A stretch of DNA of 64,000 bases, from the NCBI GenBank assembly GCA_050248855.1, contig JBFWRP010000004.1, positions 64,001 through 128,000 of the forward strand. The letters are read 5' to 3'. Positions 60,358 to 64,000 of this stretch are shown piece by piece (the stretch's first letter is position 1; each line of letters starts with the position of its first letter). Source of the stretch: Planctomycetota bacterium (GTDB taxonomy: Bacteria; Planctomycetota; PLA2; JAEUHO01). The position numbers and the translations under genes were made by a program. The notes beneath the pieces are model-generated. The model was not told the DNA's origin. It was given only the letters and a program-made list of their open reading frames with translations, and did no database searches.

Positions 60358-61044
60358 CTACGCGCCCGGCGCCGGAGCGAGGACGCCGTCGCTCAAGAAC
60401 AGCTCGTGACGGGCCTGCTCGGCCACACGGGGATCGTGCGTGATCAAGAGGACGGTGGTGCCGGCCGCGTGCTGCTCGCGGATCAGGTCCAGCACGCGGG
60501 CCCCGGAGCCGCTGTCGAGGTTGCCCGTGGGCTCGTCGCAGAGCAGCAAGCGCGGCCGCTTCACCAGCGCGCGAGCGAGCGCGACGCGCTGCTGCTCGCC
60601 ACCGGACAGCCGGCCCGGGTCGTGGTCGCGACGCGCCAAGAGGCCCACGCGGTCCAGGGCCTCGTCGGCGCGCCGCGCCCGTTCGGCGCGTCCCACGCCT
60701 TGGTAGAGCAGCGGCAGGGCGACGTTGCGCCAGGCGGGTTCGTCGCGCAGCAGGTGGAAGCGCTGGAACACGAAGCCGATGGTGCGGCCGCGGAGCGCGG
60801 CGAGTGCGGCGTCGTCCAACGTGGCCACGTCCGTCCCCGCGAACACGTAGCGCCCCCCCGTGGGCCGGTCCAGGCATCCCACGACGTGCAGGAACGTCGA
60901 CTTGCCACTGCCCGAGGGGCCCATGATGGCGAGGTAGTCGCCCGCCTCGACCACCAGGTCGGTGGGCCGGAGCGCATGCACGGGCACCGGCCCGGGATAG
61001 GTGCGGGCGGCGCCCTCCAAGCGGATCAGGGGCTCGTCGGTCAC
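60358..61044 (-). CDS. ABC transporter ATP-binding protein, LolD/MacB-like (228 aa)
   Basis: AAGGAG RBS plus GTG. GPSGSGKST, IGFVFQRFHLL, LSGGEQQRVALARAL, DEPTGNLD, ITHD. Confidence 0.93.
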   Translation of the reverse strand: MTDEPLIRLEGAARTYPGPVPVHALRPTDLVVEAGDYLAIMGPSGSGKSTFLHVVGCLDRPTGGRYVFAGTDVATLDDAALAALRGRTIGFVFQRFHLLRDEPAWRNVALPLLYQGVGRAERARRADEALDRVGLLARRDHDPGRLSGGEQQRVALARALVKRPRLLLCDEPTGNLDSGSGARVLDLIREQHAAGTTVLLITHDPRVAEQARHELFLSDGVLAPAPGA

Positions 61045-62351
61045 CGCAGTCTCCTTGCCAGGACCCGTGCCGGGTCGATGGATGCGGCGCGCCACGCGGG
61101 CAGCAGGGCCGCCAACGCCCCGATGCCGACGGCGACGGCCACGGCCACCCCCGCGTACCGCATGTCGAAGCGGAACGGGAACTCCACGATGCGGGCCAGC
61201 ACGCGCGCGGCCAGCGCGCCCAGGGGCAGCCCGAGCAGTCCTCCGACGAGCGCCGTACCCATGCTCTCGAACGTGACCTGCGTCGCCACGTCACGCCGCC
61301 GTGCGCCCTCGACGCGACGGATCGCCAGCTCGTCGAAGCGCTCGCGCACCGTGACGAGGTTCATGGTGGCGAGCAAGACGGCGGCCACGAGCGCCACGAG
61401 CATCCACACGAGGTTGCCCACGAAGGCGCCGGCTTGCGTGGCGCCCCCCAGCGCCTCCATCCACAGTCGACGCACGATCACGCCGAGTGCGGGACGCGTC
61501 GCCGGGTCGTGCACCGTGGCGATCACCTGCTCCAGCCGCTCGGCGACGGCCGGGACGTCCGTCGGACTGCGGGCCACGACGCTGATGCCCGTGAGGTCCA
61601 GGTCCTCGCGCTCGGGGTCGGCCGGCAGGTAGACGCAGCGGAAGGCGAGCAGGCTGCTCCCCAGCAGGCGCGTGCTGCGACCGGCGTCCATTTCCTCGAA
61701 GAGGGCGCGGTAGCGCATGGGGTCGCGGAGCACGCCGATCACCTCGACCGTCGGGGCGTCGTCGGCTGCTCCGACGCGCAGCTCGCGACCCACGAGGTCG
61801 CCCGGCTCCTGCACTTCGCGGTCACCGTGGAGGCCGGCCAGGAGCTCGCGCGCGATCGCTTCGTCGACCACGGCCACGCGGGCCTGGTCGCGCGGAGCGA
61901 CCTCGTCCTCGCGCCACCAGCGGCCCGCGACCAGCTCCACGTCCACCGTGGCGGCCAGCCCCGTCGGCGCCTCGACCACCGTGACGCCACCGAGGACACG
62001 CGCCCCCGCGCCGACGGGCAGCGCCACGTCGCGCACGCGGTGCGCGCGGGGCACGATCGCCAAGGCAAGAGAGCCCAAGTCCTCGCGCACGGCCTCGACG
62101 TACGTACGGCCGAATCGCTCGCGGCCGGGGCGCAGTCCCAAGACGGGCGCGCGTACCAGGTCGACCGTGCGCGCGCCGAACTGCGCGACGTCGTCGCGGA
62201 TGTCGCGGTCGAAGCCCTGCGAGAGCGAGATCACGTTGGCGACGACGGCCACGGCGGCCGCGCTCGTGACGGCCGCGAGCAGCGTGCGCAGGGGATGGTG
62301 GGCCAGCGAGCGAAGCGCTTGGCCCACGTGGCGTGCGGCGCGGCCGCTCAC
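61041..62351 (-). CDS. ABC transporter permease, MacB/FtsX family (436 aa)
   Basis: 'ALRSLAHHPLRTLL', periplasmic 'AGRWW', 'NLVTVRERFDELAIRRVEGARRRDV..Q..FE', 'PAWRAASIDP'. Confidence 0.88.
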   Translation of the reverse strand: MSGRAARHVGQALRSLAHHPLRTLLAAVTSAAAVAVVANVISLSQGFDRDIRDDVAQFGARTVDLVRAPVLGLRPGRERFGRTYVEAVREDLGSLALAIVPRAHRVRDVALPVGAGARVLGGVTVVEAPTGLAATVDVELVAGRWWREDEVAPRDQARVAVVDEAIARELLAGLHGDREVQEPGDLVGRELRVGAADDAPTVEVIGVLRDPMRYRALFEEMDAGRSTRLLGSSLLAFRCVYLPADPEREDLDLTGISVVARSPTDVPAVAERLEQVIATVHDPATRPALGVIVRRLWMEALGGATQAGAFVGNLVWMLVALVAAVLLATMNLVTVRERFDELAIRRVEGARRRDVATQVTFESMGTALVGGLLGLPLGALAARVLARIVEFPFRFDMRYAGVAVAVAVGIGALAALLPAWRAASIDPARVLARRLR

Positions 62352-63643
62352 TCGACCTCCAGCGATCGCGCCGGGTCGGCTGCCGCCACGCGGCGTGCCG
62401 GCAGCCAAGCGGCCAGGCAGCCGACGACGACGGAGACGAGCAACGCCAGGAGCGCGCGCGACCAGGGGAAGATCCAGGTGAAGCCGCTCACCGGCTCCAA
62501 GCGCACGCGAAGCTCGGCGAGGCCCGCACCCAGCGCGAACCCGAGCACCCCCCCCACCGCGCCGAGCAGGAGGCCCTCGAACAGCACCTGCCGACCCACG
62601 TCCTTGCGCGTGGCCCCCTCGACGCGGTGCAGCGCGATCTCGCCTTGGCGGGCCATCGCGGTGACCAGGCCGAGGTTGGCGATGACGACCGCACCCATCG
62701 CCAGGCAGGCCAGGAACATGGCCCAGGCCACGGGCCGGAAGCGGTCCAGCCGCGGGTCGAGGAGCGAAGGCAGCACGAGGGCGTGCCGCGCGACCACGGG
62801 CCGGTCGGCGAAGCGCTCGAGCCCGCGCAGCGACACGCCCGCTTCCCGCACGAGGGCGGCGTGTCGCACGCGCACGACGATCTCGTCGACCGCCGCGTCC
62901 GGCGGGGCCGCCGACCACGGGATGTGCACGCTCTCGTCCACGTGCTTCCAGTGCGCCAGCGAGACGGGCACGCCGAGGGCGCCGAGCAGGGGCAGCGCCA
63001 CGCGTCTGTACATCTCGTGGCGCGTGTCGAAGCCCGCTTCGTCCGTTGCCCGCGCCAGGTCCGGGCGTGGCGCCGTGATGCCGACGATGCGATGGAGCCG
63101 CTCGTCGGGCCCACGGATCGCGTCGCCCAGGCGCAGCGCGTCCAAGCCCAGCCGGGCCGCCACACCCGCTTCGATGACGCAGACGTCGGGAGGATCTCCC
63201 TCCTCCAGCCAGCGACCCTGCGCGAGGCGGAAGCCCCGGGCCGCGCCGGTCTCCGGCGTCGTCGCGATCCACGTGGGCGCATGCGGTGTCGGCGCCCCCG
63301 CGTCGGGGTCGGGCAGCACGCCGGGGGCGGCCACGTCACCCCGGGCCAGGACACGCAGCGCGCCGGCATGGAGCACGTCGTCGGGGAGCGCTGCGCGCAC
63401 GGCCTCGAGGTCCGCCAGGGCGAGCGCGTCACCGGGCGCAGTCGGGTCGCGGACGAGCGCGATGCGGTCCGCGCCCAAGGCGGCTGCCTGCTCGCGAGCC
63501 GCCACACGGGTCCCCTCCAGCACGGCCGCCGGCAGGATCGCCACGGCCACGCCCCAGGCCGTGCCCTGGGCCAGCAGGAAGGTGCGCAGCGGACGGCGCA
63601 GCAGGGCCCGGAGGGCCATGTGGAGAGCGAGGAGGAAGCGCAC
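62348..63643 (-). CDS. ABC transporter permease, MacB/FtsX family (431 aa; alternative start 63676)
   Basis: 'ALRALLRRPLRTFL', 'QGRWL', 'RQGEIALHRVEGATRKDV..Q.LFEG', 'PARRVAAADP'. Confidence 0.86.
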   Translation of the reverse strand: MRFLLALHMALRALLRRPLRTFLLAQGTAWGVAVAILPAAVLEGTRVAAREQAAALGADRIALVRDPTAPGDALALADLEAVRAALPDDVLHAGALRVLARGDVAAPGVLPDPDAGAPTPHAPTWIATTPETGAARGFRLAQGRWLEEGDPPDVCVIEAGVAARLGLDALRLGDAIRGPDERLHRIVGITAPRPDLARATDEAGFDTRHEMYRRVALPLLGALGVPVSLAHWKHVDESVHIPWSAAPPDAAVDEIVVRVRHAALVREAGVSLRGLERFADRPVVARHALVLPSLLDPRLDRFRPVAWAMFLACLAMGAVVIANLGLVTAMARQGEIALHRVEGATRKDVGRQVLFEGLLLGAVGGVLGFALGAGLAELRVRLEPVSGFTWIFPWSRALLALLVSVVVGCLAAWLPARRVAAADPARSLEVE

Positions 63644-63656
63644 GACGAGGCGGAGG

Positions 63657-63998
63657 CTACCGGCGCGCTGCCGCAAGTCCGCGTGCGCGTCCGGTCAACG
63701 CTCCCGCCACCGGCACCAGCCACGCGCCGAGGAGCGCGAGCGCCGCGAGGCCCAACAACGGCTGGCGCAGGCGGTGCGCAGGCAAGCTGGCGGGCGCCGC
63801 TTCGGCCGTGGCCACGCCGCGCGGGCCGCCGCCGGTCCGTACCAGCCGGGTCAGGCTCGGCGGGCGTAGGCGATGCGCGCGCCAGCCGGCTCCGATGTCG
63901 GGCCCGACCACGTCGTCGACGAGGTTGTCGAGCAGCAGGGGCAGGAACGGCGTGGTGCGCAGCGGGGGCCGCCCGTCCAGGAGCGAGGCCGTGAGCAG
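63657..63998 (-). CDS. 3' end of a membrane protein, possibly BatA/VWA-associated (5'-truncated by the window edge)
   Basis: Frame is open to the window end. 'PFLPLLLDNLV' resembles 'ADLPLLVRAAV' in the 44826-46805 protein; C-terminal TM helix. Confidence 0.5.
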   Translation of the reverse strand: MLTASLLDGRPPLRTTPFLPLLLDNLVDDVVGPDIGAGWRAHRLRPPSLTRLVRTGGGPRGVATAEAAPASLPAHRLRQPLLGLAALALLGAWLVPVAGALTGRARGLAAARR

Positions 63999-64000
63999 GA

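Overview
High-GC bacterial chromosomal segment, densely coding (about 47 genes), with many overlapping start/stop codons (ATGA, GTGA, TGATG). The gene styles (MoxR/DUF58/BatA clusters, secreted HEAT-repeat and HEAT-VWA proteins, CarboxypepD_reg-repeat protein, Ig-like/glycine-rich lipoprotein) suggest a Planctomycetota-like organism (inference). Housekeeping genes: a stand-alone fusA, rho, tig-clpP-clpX-rlmN, gatCAB, orn, guaB-guaA, a type-2 (archaeal-like) valS and purF. Envelope/accessory genes: a DUF4350-MoxR-DUF58-SpoIIM-RDD operon, LarE, a 946-aa glycine-rich lipoprotein behind a good sigma-54 promoter match, a tricorn-like S41 protease with a duplicated unknown C-terminal domain, a GT2/LAB_N/ArnT/epimerase cassette (probably lipid A uronic-acid modification), an arylsulfotransferase lipoprotein, a P2A-type ATPase, a MoxR-less BatA/DUF58 operon and a two-permease MacB/LolCDE-like ABC system. 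The most notable non-coding signals are a ~177-bp palindromic MITE-like element at 35.1 kb, a related ~100-nt hairpin at 59.7 kb that shares its internal-loop blocks, a long rho leader with a rut-like tract, and TANNNT boxes 6-7 nt before several start codons (probable leaderless genes). No tRNA, rRNA, CRISPR array, transposase, integrase or phage genes were seen. All family assignments come from motif recognition by eye; no database search was run.
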